Below are positions 25,655 through 38,589 of a stretch of DNA of 64,000 nucleotides, piece by piece. The DNA comes from Lama guanicoe. Its lineage: Eukaryota. The notes under the pieces were generated by a model. It was not told where the DNA came from, searched no databases, and worked only from the letters and a program-made list of their open reading frames with translations. The position numbers and the translations under genes are program-made. Numbering within the stretch: the stretch's first letter is position 1; each line of letters opens with the position of its first letter. Location of the stretch: NCBI GenBank assembly GCA_013239625.1, contig MU053911.1:424132-488131 (forward strand). Reading direction: 5' to 3'.

Positions 25655-27566
25655 AATAGTTTTGAACTCACAAATGTCCTGAAAAAGTCTCAAGGAGGCC
25701 CAGAGAGCCACAAGCAAGATCTGTGAGAACACCTAGCCAGGAAGACGCAAACTCCTACTATGATGTACTTCACTACCTGTTCAGTACTTCAGTTTTGGTC
25801 TTTCTGTGTCTTCTGCCATACACTGCATTCTTTAACAACGTCCATTTATTAATCCTTAACATGAGTATTTACGTCACGCCTTTGTGCCTTGCATTGGTCC
25901 AAGCCAATGGCAAAGGTGCTAGCCTATCCTTGCCCCCATGATCTGAGCGTATGTGGAAATCTTGCCCTACCACTGACCAATCATGACTGACTCATGCTCT
26001 TTCCTCCATCTACCTTGGTCTCCCTACTTCTTCAAATGGAAAGCTCTTACTTATCCTTCAAATCCAAGGTCAACATTTCTTTCCATCTGAGTTTAATCAT
26101 GATGTTGTAATCAAATTTATGCTTGTTCATTACATTGCACAATGCTTTACAAAATGTTCCATTACTATATTTGTTTCTTTTTCTTTATATAAAGACAATT
26201 AACGAAAGTCACTGCCTAATCCATATGAAAATAAAGTATCCTTGAGATACTGAAGACAGTGTACCGTTTGGAAAATGAGAGCTTGTACTGTTTATGTTTT
26301 GTAGGTTGGGGGCCTCTTAGGGACAAGCAGGATGGTAGCATTAAGCGGTGTGGGTGGGTATTCTATTTTCCAAAATCTCTTCTGTTTAAGAAGTTAGAAG
26401 GGGAAGCTTATCTGGATCCTAAGGGAAGAGCCACAGGAATGGATGCCCAAGCAGATCCATACCCAGAGCCTTAGTGGGGCTGGTGCTGTTGGGAGAAGCG
26501 AGTTGTAGGAGACACAGCCCTGCACATCTGCTTGTCCTCCGTCTCCCTCTGGCCTTTAGAGGGAAGAGGCTTGTTTCCCAGTGAAGATCCAAGATGGCGG
26601 CCTTTTCTCCCTTGAAAATTGGACTCAAATGAAAATTCTACCCTGGACTTTTATGTAAGTCTTCCAAAATAAGATATGGTTCAAGCTGAATACTAAAAAC
26701 TGGCACAGACTTCTCAAAACATTCTCTTTTGCCTTTATCCTCTGTTCTCCCCACAATATTGCAGAAAGGTCATATTAAATGGGAAATAAAAAGAGAGAGG
26801 TTTTCAATCTCTCCCTGACAGTGCTGTTTTTCATAACATCCTCCTTACAAAGTGCAGTCCCTTTTTTCCATAGAAAAACACTGAGAGATAAACAAGATCC
26901 AAATCCATATTAGATTTGGAAAAGGAAAATCTGTGGGTAGAAAAAATCTGCAAAACCATGGCATGCATTATGCTGTCAATATATCAACCAAAAGGAAACT
27001 CAGCCTTTTATAAACACTGTAATGCTTGACAACCTTCCTGTGTAAACAAACGAAATGTCAGCCTTTTAGGGAGAAAAGTCATAGAGTTGCTTACTCAGGA
27101 AAAAAATAATGATTTAAAAGTGATTTTGGAATGAACTTCAGATTTTTAAGAAGGGGAAGTTGGATTCAAGGATGTAGTAAATTTAGTAGAATCATTTGAT
27201 ATGTGGATGGATAGAGCATTGATTCAGAATGGTGAATTTATGACTCAATTGTCCTTTCTTTAATTCACTTTATTTTTTACTTTATTTTTTTCTTAATATA
27301 TATCTTCTCAAGTTTTTTGTATTTTTTTGGTAATTTTTTGTATTCTGTCTTTTTTGAAAATTAGGAATTTCAATGCATTTTCTGGGGAGTTACTGTGTGC
27401 AGTTGTTTCTGGGTTCATTATGTCATTTAATCTTCACTACAGTCTTGTGAAGCAAACACTGTTACCTTCAGAATGTATAAGACAGGAGAGGTTATCCTTA
27501 AACACATTAGCAATGTCATACAAGTTTAACTGAAAAAGATAGAATTTGAAACCATGTCTCTTAACC

Positions 27567-27790
27567 CTTTTGTTTTATGTTGATTATAGCTCAGTGGGAG
27601 AGTGAGTGCTTAACATGCACAAGGTCCTGGGTTCAATCCCCAGTACCTATCTTTTGTTTTATGTTGATTATAGCTCAGTGGGAGAGTGAGTCCTGGGTTC
27701 AATCCCCAGTACCTCCATTAAAAGATAAATAAATACATAAACCAATTACTTATGCCTTCCCCGAAGAAAAACCAAACAACAAAAAACAAA
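27567..27790 (+). mobile_element. vic-1-type SINE with locally duplicated head
   Basis: tatagctcagtgggagagtgagtgcttaacatgcacaaggtcctgggttcaatccccagtacct repeated with its flank at 27651-27714. Confidence 0.85.
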
Positions 27791-29239
27791 GCAATAAAGA
27801 TTATATATTTCTATAAATATACATATAGAAATCTAGATCATATATTTCATGTCTTGTATTTGTATTTTATTGATTTCACAATAATATATTAATATAGCAA
27901 AATATTAATTTTGCAAATGTATTCAGAAGGTTTATTTTTTATCTTGTAATATAATGATTTTAGCATTTTCTAGTCAAACTCCATTCAGATATGATTAATT
28001 ACATGTTCCATAAATGAAGGAGCGCATTTTGTTCCATTTGAAAACTACAGAAGTTTTACAAGTACCAGATATTAATTACTCCTAGTATTACTGTGAGAGA
28101 CACAAGTGTTACGGGGAAAACTATCGTGAGAGAAGGTACTAGAAGCCTTACGCTCTGTAAATATGCATTAATAGATAGAATAGAAGAAACATACGGGCCT
28201 TGGAACAGCAGCGCAGACCTGGAGGCAAGTCTACCTGAACACTCGTGAAGTAGGCATTGTCTAGACAGTCAGGTATGAATCGTAGTCCTTGTCCTGCTGC
28301 GTTTAGGATGCCCAGGGCGAAAAAAAAAAAAAAGAAAAAAAAAAGCTGAGAACTGGCTCTTGTCTGCCCTTCCATCAGGGATTTCAATTCCCTGGTTGCC
28401 GATCAGGTCTGACCTTACCAGGCAAAGCCAGAATACCAGGTCCCAGCCCTCCCAGCCCTCTGCATGCAGACCCCAGCTGCAGAGGGAATAATTTAGAAAC
28501 ATATGACAATGCAGAAGATTCAAGGTTTACTGGGAGCCTGACTTGGCTCATGTGTAGGTGCCATGAGATGATGGACCTACGGGCCAGATAACATCTGCCA
28601 ACCAGCGCTCACTCCTGCCTGCTCCGGGGCTCCTCTGTGTTCCTCTGCCTCTTCCCTGAGCAGCAGCAGCACATCTGGGCAAGTGCTGCTCAGGCCTCTA
28701 ACCACCAACACCACGAATGCATTTCCAGGAGAGGGCTGTGTCTTTTTTTTTTTTTTAAAGAAATATAATCCAATATGCTCTTTTGAATAACACATAGTGT
28801 ATAAAGTAGCTAATGTCTTAGACAGATGTTAGGTCAAGGCTGACTCGTTCCTCTTCAAAAAGTTACAGACGTGGACCTGTGAAACAGGCATCTCAGTTTT
28901 CAGAGGCTAATGAGACACAGATACTTTTTTGGCTTTCTAGGCACATACTATAGAAAACTTTCCATCTTGTCAAATCAGTTTGCGTCTTAAAAGCAAAAGG
29001 GAAAATGAGAAAGCACTGATACAATTAGGTACGAGGCTATGTTGCTTTATTTTTATATTGAAGATTTCACGGACAACATGTGTCCTGAGAGGAAAAAGAA
29101 AGAAGTATGTTTCAAGGATTGAGATCTGCTTTCTGTTTCCCTCGTTTGAGTTTGCTCTGAGTTGCTTCTCTTTGGCTTATTGGGCCTGAGTACATGTAAC
29201 CTAGCTGCGTACCTCAGATGGATGACCGTGTGAAAGCAG

Positions 29240-29570
29240 AGCCGTCTAGAGTCAGCGCCTTCGCAGGGCGCCGCTACACTGGCTGCTCGGCGGCAGCCGG
29301 TCTGCTTCTCGGGCCAGGAGTTCGGTGCGCAGAGCAGGTGGCGTGGTTCACCGTCTCGCCGGGACAGGAGAGCAAAGGGACGAGCCACGGTGTTTGATTG
29401 ACGGGAACCCGCAGGTCCCCCTTTGCCGCGTGGACTGTAATTCGGGACACAGAGGGAGGGAACACCCGGGAGCCCCTGGCAAAGCGCACGGCCCGAGCTC
29501 CGGGGCCGCAGCGGCCGCTGTCGGCCTTGCCTGGACTCGCCTGAGCACAGTGAGGAACCGTGATGCGTGG
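29240..29570. promoter_or_regulatory. Small CpG island / GC peak with CTCF-like motif
   Basis: CpG-dense ~330 bp; AGAGCAGGTGGCGT at 29331-29344. Confidence 0.5.
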
Positions 29571-30454
29571 TTAACATAAAGCCAAATCCCCGTTAAAGGT
29601 GAGCTTATTCTCCTTGAAGGTGTTGTGTTTCTAGATTTGCTTTCTTTCTACAACCACAGACATCAAGCATATCCTACTGTGAGAACATTTCTGTAATAAC
29701 AGGAGAGAAGTGAGGCAGGCGGAGCTCCCCGAGAAGCGAATTTAACTTGCCTTCCACTGTGACTGCTGGTTTCAGATCTTAACCCCTCAAGGGACACACC
29801 TCAGCTTCGTTTAAGAAACAGGTACGGATAACCACAGCAAAAACCCAAAACAAAACAACCCAACAACAACCAAAAAAGCTCCCCACAAAACACAAAAACA
29901 AAACCAAACAAACAAAAAACCACAGCGCGTAGATTCTGTCAGTAGGTGATAAGCATTAAGACGTCTTGCTTTGTATTGCTTTGTGGTGTTTTCTGTTGTC
30001 CACACTACTGTATAATTTTTGTCTTCCTTCATGACTAAGATTATCTATCTTCATTAAGGGAGTAGCCCAAATTAGAGTCTTTTTCTGTGGTTTCCGTGGT
30101 GGAAAATGGAAAAAAAAAACCTTTGAGTTAGTTGGAAAACTAATTTTCTCACTTTAAACTGTTTCCATCACTCACACAGTTAGAAATGAAAATTAGAATT
30201 AGACGATGCCTTGAAGAGGATCTCTATTTTTCATACATCATGGACTGGTTTATAGTTAATGTCAAATAGTTCACTTAAAATAATTGAAATGTTTGCTAGA
30301 ATAACATTCAAGGATTGCAAATGAAAATTATGAGGGATTTGTAAAAATTTAAAATGTATATTATAGATTGAAAATTAAAATAGTGCAGTACATAGAATTA
30401 GCATGCTATGAATGTAACATTAAAAGTGACTGTGCGTGAGATGCCGTAACACCA

Positions 30455-32242
30455 CACACAGAAAACCCCAGAGACTCCACACAGAAACCACCAGAGCTAA
30501 TTAATGAATTCAGCAGGTCAGCAGGATACAAGATTAGCACACATAAATGTGTTGTATTTCTTTACACTAACAGTGAAATATCAGATGAGGAAAGTAAAAA
30601 ACAATCCCTTTTAAAATTGCATCAAAAAACCCCACTTAGGAATAAACTAGAGCAAGGAGGTAAAAACTTAATGCAGAAAACTGAAAAACATTAATTAAGA
30701 AAATTAAACATGATTTTAATTTAAAGTAATGGAAAGATACCCCATGTTCTTGGACTGGAAGAATTAATATTGTTTAAACGGCCAGACTACCCAAAGCAAC
30801 CTACAGATTTAATGTGATCCCTATCAAATTACCTAGGACATTTTCCACAGAACTAGAACAAATAATCCTAAAATTTATGTGGAATCACAAAAGGCCCAGA
30901 ATTGCCAAAACTACACTAAAGAAAAAGAAGAAAGCTGGAGGCATACCCCTCCCACACTTGAGGCAATGCTACAGAGCTACACTGATCAAAACAGCACGGT
31001 GTTGGCACAGAAACAGACGTATGGATCAACTGGTCAGAAGGGATGGCCCAGAAATACACCCACAAACTTACAGTCAGTTAATCTCAGCAGAGGCAAGAAT
31101 GTACAATGGAAAAATGACAGCCTATTCAGCAAATGGTGTTGGGAAAACTGGACAGCTGCACGTAAATCAATGAAGTTAGAACACTACCTCACACCACACA
31201 CAAAAATAAACTCAAAATGGCTTAAATGTAAACATAAGACAAGACACTATAAGCCTCCCAGAAGAAAACATTTGCAAACATCCTCAGACATTAATTTTAG
31301 CAATAGAAATAAAACCAAAACCAAACAAATGGTACTTAATTAAACTTAAAAGCTTTTGCACAGGAAGCTATAAACAAAATGAAAAGACAACCTATGGAAT
31401 GGGAAAAAAGTGTTTGCAAATAATGAGACTGACAAGGCATTGATTTCAAGAATGTACAAGAGCTCATACAACTGAACAACAAAAAACCAGACAACCCAGT
31501 CAATAATGGGCAGAAGACCTAGCTAGACATTTCTCCAAAGAAGACACACAGATGGCCAATAGGCACATGAAAAGATGCTTAGTATAACTAATTACCAGAG
31601 AAATGCAAATTAAAACTACAATGAGATATCACCTCATACCAGTCAAAGTGGCCATCATTAAAATGTCCACAACCAGCAAATGCTGGAGAGGGTGTGGAGA
31701 AAAGGGAACCCTTCTACACTGCTGGAGGGAATGTAGTTTGGTGCAGCCAGTATGGAGGACAACATGGAGGTTCCTTAAAAACCAAAAACAGACTTACCAT
31801 ATGATCAAGCAATCCCACTCCTGGGCATATATCTGGAGAAAAATATAATTCAGAAAGATACATGCACCCCAATGTTCATAACAGCACTGTTTACAATAGC
31901 CAAGATATGGAAACAACCCAAATGTCCATTGACAGATGACTAGATGAAGAAGCTGTGGTGTGTTTATACAATGGAATACGACTCAGCCATAAAAAGAATA
32001 AAATGATGCCATATGCAGCATGTTGCTGGGCATGGAGATTGTCATTCTAAGTGAAGTAAGCCAGAAAGAGAAAGATAAATACCATATGATAGTGCTTATA
32101 TGTGGAATCTTAAAAAAAAAAAAAAGGACACATGAACTTATCTACAAAACTGAAACAAACTCACAGACATAGAAAACAAACTTATACTTACCAGGGGTAA
32201 AGAGGGTAGGAAGGGATAAATTGGGAATTTGAAATTTGCATC
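30455..32242 (+). mobile_element. L1 ORF2 3' half + partial 3' UTR
   Basis: ORF track shows [33 protein letters not shown] and [27 protein letters not shown] motifs; frameshifted. Confidence 0.95.
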
Positions 32243-32390
32243 TCTTGGGGAGTGATGGAAATGTTAGGTATATTGATTGTGGAGGTGGTTCCATGGGTGT
32301 GTACATTTATCAAAGTTCATCAAAGTGTGTATCTGAAATATGTGTGGTTTACTGTACAGGAACCAGACCACAATGAAGGTTAAAATAAAG
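32243..32390 (+). mobile_element. Old L1 (L1MC/ME-like) 3' tip
   Basis: ggggagtgatggaaatgtt...tatattgattgtggaggtggtt...catttatcaaagttcatcaaagtgtg. Confidence 0.65.
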
Positions 32391-32879
32391 GTTTACTCTA
32401 TGTGTGGACATCACCTAGTTTTCTGTAATCAAATTATTTAATTCTGCTTAGACCTTTTATACAGAAAGTTGCTAAGTCCTCGAATCTGAAGTGTGCAATT
32501 TAGTCACAAGAAATACGCATTTTTATGATTATAATAATGGTGGTAAGAAGCTCAAAAATAGATGAAATGTACCAAAATAATTTGTGTTTGTTGTAAAACA
32601 AGATAAAATGCACTGACTTGCATGAGGCTAAGAATGAGAGTCTGCCATCCTTACCTCATCTGACCTCCAGCGACGCCCACGCCTAACCCCCAGCTTGCAG
32701 CACTGCTCGCGGCTTAAAGTTACGCTTCAGACCATTTCCAGGCTCTATCCCATACAAAACAGGTGTATATACTAGGTAATCCCCTAAGGCATGACTCGCT
32801 CATTTTGATGTTTGTAAGGATAACTTGTACCAGTTTTCACAGGACATGCACCCTGAACTCTCAGTGGCTCAGCCCCACA

Positions 32880-33130
32880 TGCTGGTTTCTCAGTCATGTC
32901 CATTTGACGTGGTTCAGCTGAGATTCTTCCACATTTTGGTCAGGCTCTTTGGAACACACAGCCTCCAAGGCCACTGCACTAGGGCATAAGAAACACCTAA
33001 GAGGCCACACCTGTCTCTGCTCAGAGGTGACACACATCACTTCCACTTACAATCCATTGGCCAGAAGTAATCTTATCACTGAAACCTGCCATAAAGGAGG
33101 CCCAGACATGGAGTCTACCACCTGAATGTC
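32880..33130. mobile_element. MaLR (MLT1K/L-like) LTR fragment
   Basis: cagaggtgacacacatcacttccacttacaatccattggccagaagtaatc resembles an MLT1 motif. Confidence 0.6.
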
Positions 33131-33415
33131 CAGTAAGTGTTCACTGTCCTTCGCTTCCACTGAATGCCTTCAAGTTATCTCCCATGTTAGTATACACAGG
33201 TAGTCCGATAAGAGTTTTTAATCAAACAGCATTTTTTGAATATAAACTGCTTTCGAGCATCTATTTTTTCACCTAGAAGACATAAAACTTAAATCATCAG
33301 AGTCCATCTTTACTGCTATAAAGTGGAATCACTAAACATCTGCCCAGATTATCAAAGGTCTCTAAACACTATACTAAGAGGGGATAATAGGGATTCAGGA
33401 CAAAAATATGTCTCC

Positions 33416-33664
33416 TGAGGTGACACCCCATTGTAGTTTTATTTGTGTTTCTCTGATAATTAGCGAGCGATATTGAGCATTTTTTCATGTGCCTCTTGGC
33501 CATTTGCATGTCTTCATTGGAGAATTGCTTGTTTAGGTCTCCTGCTCATTTTTGGATTGGGTTGTTTGTTTCCTTGTTATTAAGTTTTATGAGCTGTTTA
33601 TATATTCTGGAAATTAAACTATTGTCCATCGCATCATTTGCAAACATTTCCCCCATTCCACAGG
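33416..33664 (-). mobile_element. Internal L1 ORF2 fragment
   Basis: Reverse complement of L1 sequence also present at ~31410-31640. Confidence 0.88.
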
Positions 33665-35529
33665 TGCTCAATTAACTTTCTCATCACTGTGCTTAGGAAT
33701 TCAGCAGTCCTGCAGTTAAGGGGCCTCAGCAGCATTTCCTAAAGGAAAGACAAGCTGCAGAGAGGCTGACCCATTCCACAGAGCCTGGAACAACCAGCTC
33801 GGCTCCGTGTTACTTGTGGTCAATCACCAGAACACAAGGACAAAGGGGCCCTTTACACCTCTGACCTCACACATGAGCTGCTTCACCCGCACTCACAATT
33901 CACCGCCGCCTTCTTTTCACTTAATTACAGTCTCATTGAACTTTTATGTCCTTTTTGAAGTCTGACCATGAATCATTAGTTGCTTTTCTCTGAAATGCTC
34001 CCATTACAATGTTATTGATGGAAGCAACTTGTTTCTCTATAGTGTTAAAAAATCACAAAATGCCATTGAAATAGGAAGTCAATATTATATTAAGATAGTT
34101 AAATTATAAAGTGTGAATGGTATTGATAGCAAAATATGACAATATTTGTTTTTGAAATTTCTTTCTTATATGTTGGTGTCTCTCTGGTATTTTTGATAAT
34201 CACTAAAAAAAATTCCATCATTAAATTTACACAATTTGATTTAAGATGTATTACAAGTAGTTGATGCCAAATCTTTTTTTTTTTAATGATACCAAAGGAC
34301 AGCAGATATACTTCCTTCCTTCCAAGTTTCATCCTTTGGTTAGTAATTTCTGCTCATTATCAGAAAAACGTGTTTTCTGGGATGGACATGAAGAAGAGAG
34401 CCAGCTCAGCAGTGGTTAAGAAACAGGTTTACGATGCTGTTTCCATCAGTGGAGCCACCGTGCATGAGAGATGAGTCTCGCTGCAACTTTGGCAACTACT
34501 GTGACGGTATTTTGCAAGATGGGCTGGCTCAGGAACTGTTTTTCTAGTCCCCTCTAAAGGATCTTTTTAAAGTTAACGGTCTGATTCTGTTTATGTGGCT
34601 GGCGTAAATCTTTGCATACGTTGGAATATTATTTTAGATTTAGAGGCATATCTATTGCTTCCATTGTCTGATAACAAGGAGAGTGTCCTTTTCTTCCCTT
34701 TATATGACTTCTGAATTCCAAAGACTAGGACAATATCTGCAATAGAGACTGACTGACTGAATGAGTAAAGCCATTTCTGTTTTATGACAGGACGGTTAGT
34801 GCCCGGGATACATCTCACTCCCAGGTCTTTAACGGTAGTTTTGATTCTCATAACTGCACTGATTTGAGGTAATGGCAAATCACAAGATGTAGATACTGTT
34901 GCTTTGGGATAATGCATTAAACATACAAGCCATGAACACTAATTTGAACTAGCTGATCTCTTCCTAGGATGCAGAGGGAATACGCCTTAATATCAGCTTG
35001 AGTTAGTGGAAAGGAAAGGTTCCACAACATATAGTGACAGAGAAAAAAATAAAGTTTAATAGAAAAAATACAAAGCTCTCATAATTGGAAAGGCTGGAAA
35101 ACTGGTGGCTTGTAAGACACAAGTGGATACAAATGGGGGCTAGAGATACACTGAGGCAAACTTCCCTGTGATATAAATTCACACAGTGTTCTAAGAGCAT
35201 GACGTTTCCTTTAGAGATCTAAGTGCAGCCAACTAACAAACTATATATACATTTACCCAGGTTGAATGATACTGACATTGGAATGATGTTGGATACTGGA
35301 TAATCACTGAGGGATGAGAGAGATCCCGTTTGCCTCTGGGAAGAAGAAACCTAGAGATTTTCTTAGTTTAAATAATAAATTATTCAACGCATTTTATGAT
35401 TGGCTGGTGAACACCACAGAATTATTGTAGAATGTTTGCAACAGTATCTTCCCACTAAAGGCACAGCTATTTTAGCAGAGGGGAATGGAGCCCACAGCCA
35501 TGTGTGGCTGGAGTGGCCTTTCAGCAAAG

Positions 35530-35655
35530 CCACCTGGGTCCCTGCACGGCCCCACAGTCAGGGCCTCGGACTTGGTGGGTTTCAGGGTGGGGCCCAAGAA
35601 TTTGCACTTTAACAGGCTTCCAGCTGCTGCTGCTGCTGCTGCTCTGGTGAACCAT
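35530..35655. mobile_element. MER5A-like hAT element
   Basis: gggtggggcccaagaatttgcactttaacaggcttccagctgctgctg...gctctggtgaaccattg. Confidence 0.7.
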
Positions 35656-37639
35656 TGATGTAAATTTTCCAAACGAGGTGAAAGATGATCAGTATGTCAA
35701 CTAGCGCTGTTGGTGATCTTGTACTTGAGAACATAAATGGAGAAACACTGGCTTATTTTTCTTGCTGTTGTGGTCGATCTTTTAACCTTGAGAAATGAAT
35801 ATCCAAATTAAATATTTGTATGTTACGTAACAGCTGTTCTCTATTTCGTTTTGTTATGTGCATTTAAAGGAAAAGCTGAATAATAGTTTAAACAGAGCTG
35901 CTTCAAATGCCTATCTATCATAGGCAATGGCATTCTAATAGGATGAGTTGACTTTCAGAAGTTTCTGATGATCACAATGGAATAGAAAAGTCAGAATCCA
36001 TCCATGGTTTCCTATTGTTCTTTGAGACACTTGCTGGATCGGCCACCACAGAGAGGGCATTGCTTTTAAAATGGGGAAGCTACCATCGACAAGGTGGGTC
36101 ACAATAGCTCCATGGGGGGTGGTACCATGGGCCACGTCAATGGCCCAGACAATACAGTTCTGTGGCTTATTGTGTTGATGAACTAAAGTCAGTGGATCAT
36201 TCATATACCTAAAGCCTTTGAAATCATGTGTGCTCCTTTTTTACTTTTAAATGGAGGAGGAAGAGAAATTCCTCACCCAAACAGCACATTCAAACAGTAA
36301 ATTACACTACTCCGAAAATAAGTTTGGTCATGATTTAAAGTACTCATGTATTTGCAAATAGAATATGGTGTTTATTTGAGAGGTGACAGATAGGGGCAAC
36401 ATAGCTACGAACACTCTCAGGCTGTGAGTTTGATGGCATGAAAAGCGACTGCAATGCATTCTCCCCTAATATCCCCTGGGGCCATTGTCAAAGCAGACCC
36501 TGGGGGCCGAGCCACTGGCCGGGCCCTCCTGGGACCTGGCAGTTTTCAGGGAACGGTGTGTGAGCGGTGCAGGTATTGTCGCCGGTCTTCACTGACAACT
36601 ATACGGCTGTAGATAATGTGAAAAATGCATCCACACGCAGAAGCCCGTGTGACATAGCAATCCTGTTAGGTAGGCAGAGCAAGTCTCATGATCTGAAACA
36701 ATAGGGGGGTGTCCTAACCCAGTTGCCGTAAAACTGACACCACACCCAGTGCAAAACTGAGGCATCACGAGCAGGCGTAGCTGTTCGCTTAACACCTATT
36801 TTCTCGTCAGTAGCGGGGCTGGGAATAGCTGTATCACACGATGCAGCTGATACCCACACCAGCAGTGGGCTACTGGGAAACACAGTCAGTTCACTCCAGC
36901 ACCCATGTGCCACACACCATTGAGGCGGCAGGCACGGAAGGATGGAAAGATGTGGTGCAAGGCTTCAGTGACCGCACTGTCTGGCGTGGAGATACGTATA
37001 GAAAGCAAACGTTACACGTGGGATGGAGCCACCGTGGAAACGGAGAGCGAGGGCAAGGGAAGCACATCGTATTGGGTTTGCACAGGCGAGGGCGATGGTG
37101 AAAACTCAGAGAAATAAAAGTACCGATCTCTCAGTACAAAAGTCAGGCATTTCGTAACTGTCTGGTGCTGGCCTATTTCATTACACCTGTGTGCCAACGG
37201 CCTTCTCTGCGTCTTGCATTTATAACATATGCCTTGTATTAATTTTCCAAATGTAATTTAAATATTTCCTCAAAACCCAGGATATCTAAAGTGTAATACA
37301 AACCTGAGAACACTATCTATGTCTGTATCTATGTTTAAAATCACCTGCATACTTCTACACAGTGCCTAAATTTTCCTCCCAAATGATGATTTGTTTTCTG
37401 ATATAATTAAAGTTTATTTATTTATTTAGTATGGGACCAATATTAGCTGCTACTATTTAAATATACAATACAATCTTGTACATTAAATTTCCTAATTTTA
37501 TTTATTGGGTTTTTTTTTTGTATATTTCTTAGGTGTTTCCAATAAACAATCATTTCATCTTCAAATAGAATAGTTTTAGTTGTTCCTTTTGGTCTTTTTT
37601 TTTTTTTTTNNNNNNNNNNNNNNNNNNNNNCCCCCCCCG

Positions 37640-38350
37640 AGAAGAAGGGAGAAGGCAGCCAGTGTACAACTTTTAAGTGTGATGTATGTGGATTTTTTTC
37701 ATAAGTGCCAATGTATCAAATTGAGGATATTTACTCATATCCCTTGTTTGCTGAGGGACTTTTGTCATGAATAATTGTTAAAATTTGTCAAGTGAATTTT
37801 CTACATCTGTTGAAAGTCATATAAATGTTCTCTTTCCTTTGTTACTTGGGTGAATTACATTGATTGTGAGTGTAATGTTGAACTGACTTTGAATTCCTAG
37901 GATAACCTTGTGTGGTCCTAATATGTTACCTTTTTCTATGCTGCTAGATTTAATTTATGAATATTTTGTTAGGGGATCTTACAGGGGTGTTCACAGTGGA
38001 TATCTGGTTTTGAATTTCCTTTTTTTTTTTGTAAAGTCTTTGCCTTATACTTGCTCCATTAAAAAAGTTGGAGCGTGCACTCCCATTATTGTATTTACTA
38101 CCAAAAAAAAAAAAAAGATCATGTGATTTTGGCTTTAATTCTTCACTAAAAATATGATAGAATTTACCTATGAAAACACCTAGGTCTGGAGTTTTCTTTT
38201 AATCATAAGGGTTTTGATCCCCCCAAATCAGTATTTTTACTAGCTATAGAGCTGTCCATATTTTTGATTTTACCTCTTGTCAATTTTGGTAAGTTGTGAG
38301 TTTTTTTTGCTAATGTTTCTGTTACTTCAAAGCTGTCAGATTTGTTGATT
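37640..38350 (-). mobile_element. Old L1 ORF2 fragment
   Basis: ttgctgagggacttttgtcatgaat...ttttctacatctgttgaa...gaattcctaggataaacc...tagaatttacctatgaaaacacctaggtctgga. Confidence 0.75.
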
Positions 38351-38589
38351 AAATAACTGGGCACTACTGCCTCACCACGTTAACCTATGAAAGTAACCAT
38401 CACACCTACCATGTGTCCAGAGCTGTTTAGGTGCTCGAGCTACAGCAGTGAACAGGACCAGACAAACAAAAAATGCCTGACCCCGCGTAGCTTACTTCAC
38501 ACCAAAGGAAGAGGAAGTAACATGTGGACTATGCCGTGTTACTGGTAAGAAGAGCTGTTGTTAAACAAACAGCGTGAAAAGGAGACAGG

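Noticed and set aside
35900..37200. Repeat-poor stretch checked as a possible endogenous viral element or retrogene
   Set aside because: The frames I read contain stops or give no recognisable motif. A TBLASTX against viral and mammalian proteins would be needed to exclude it fully.
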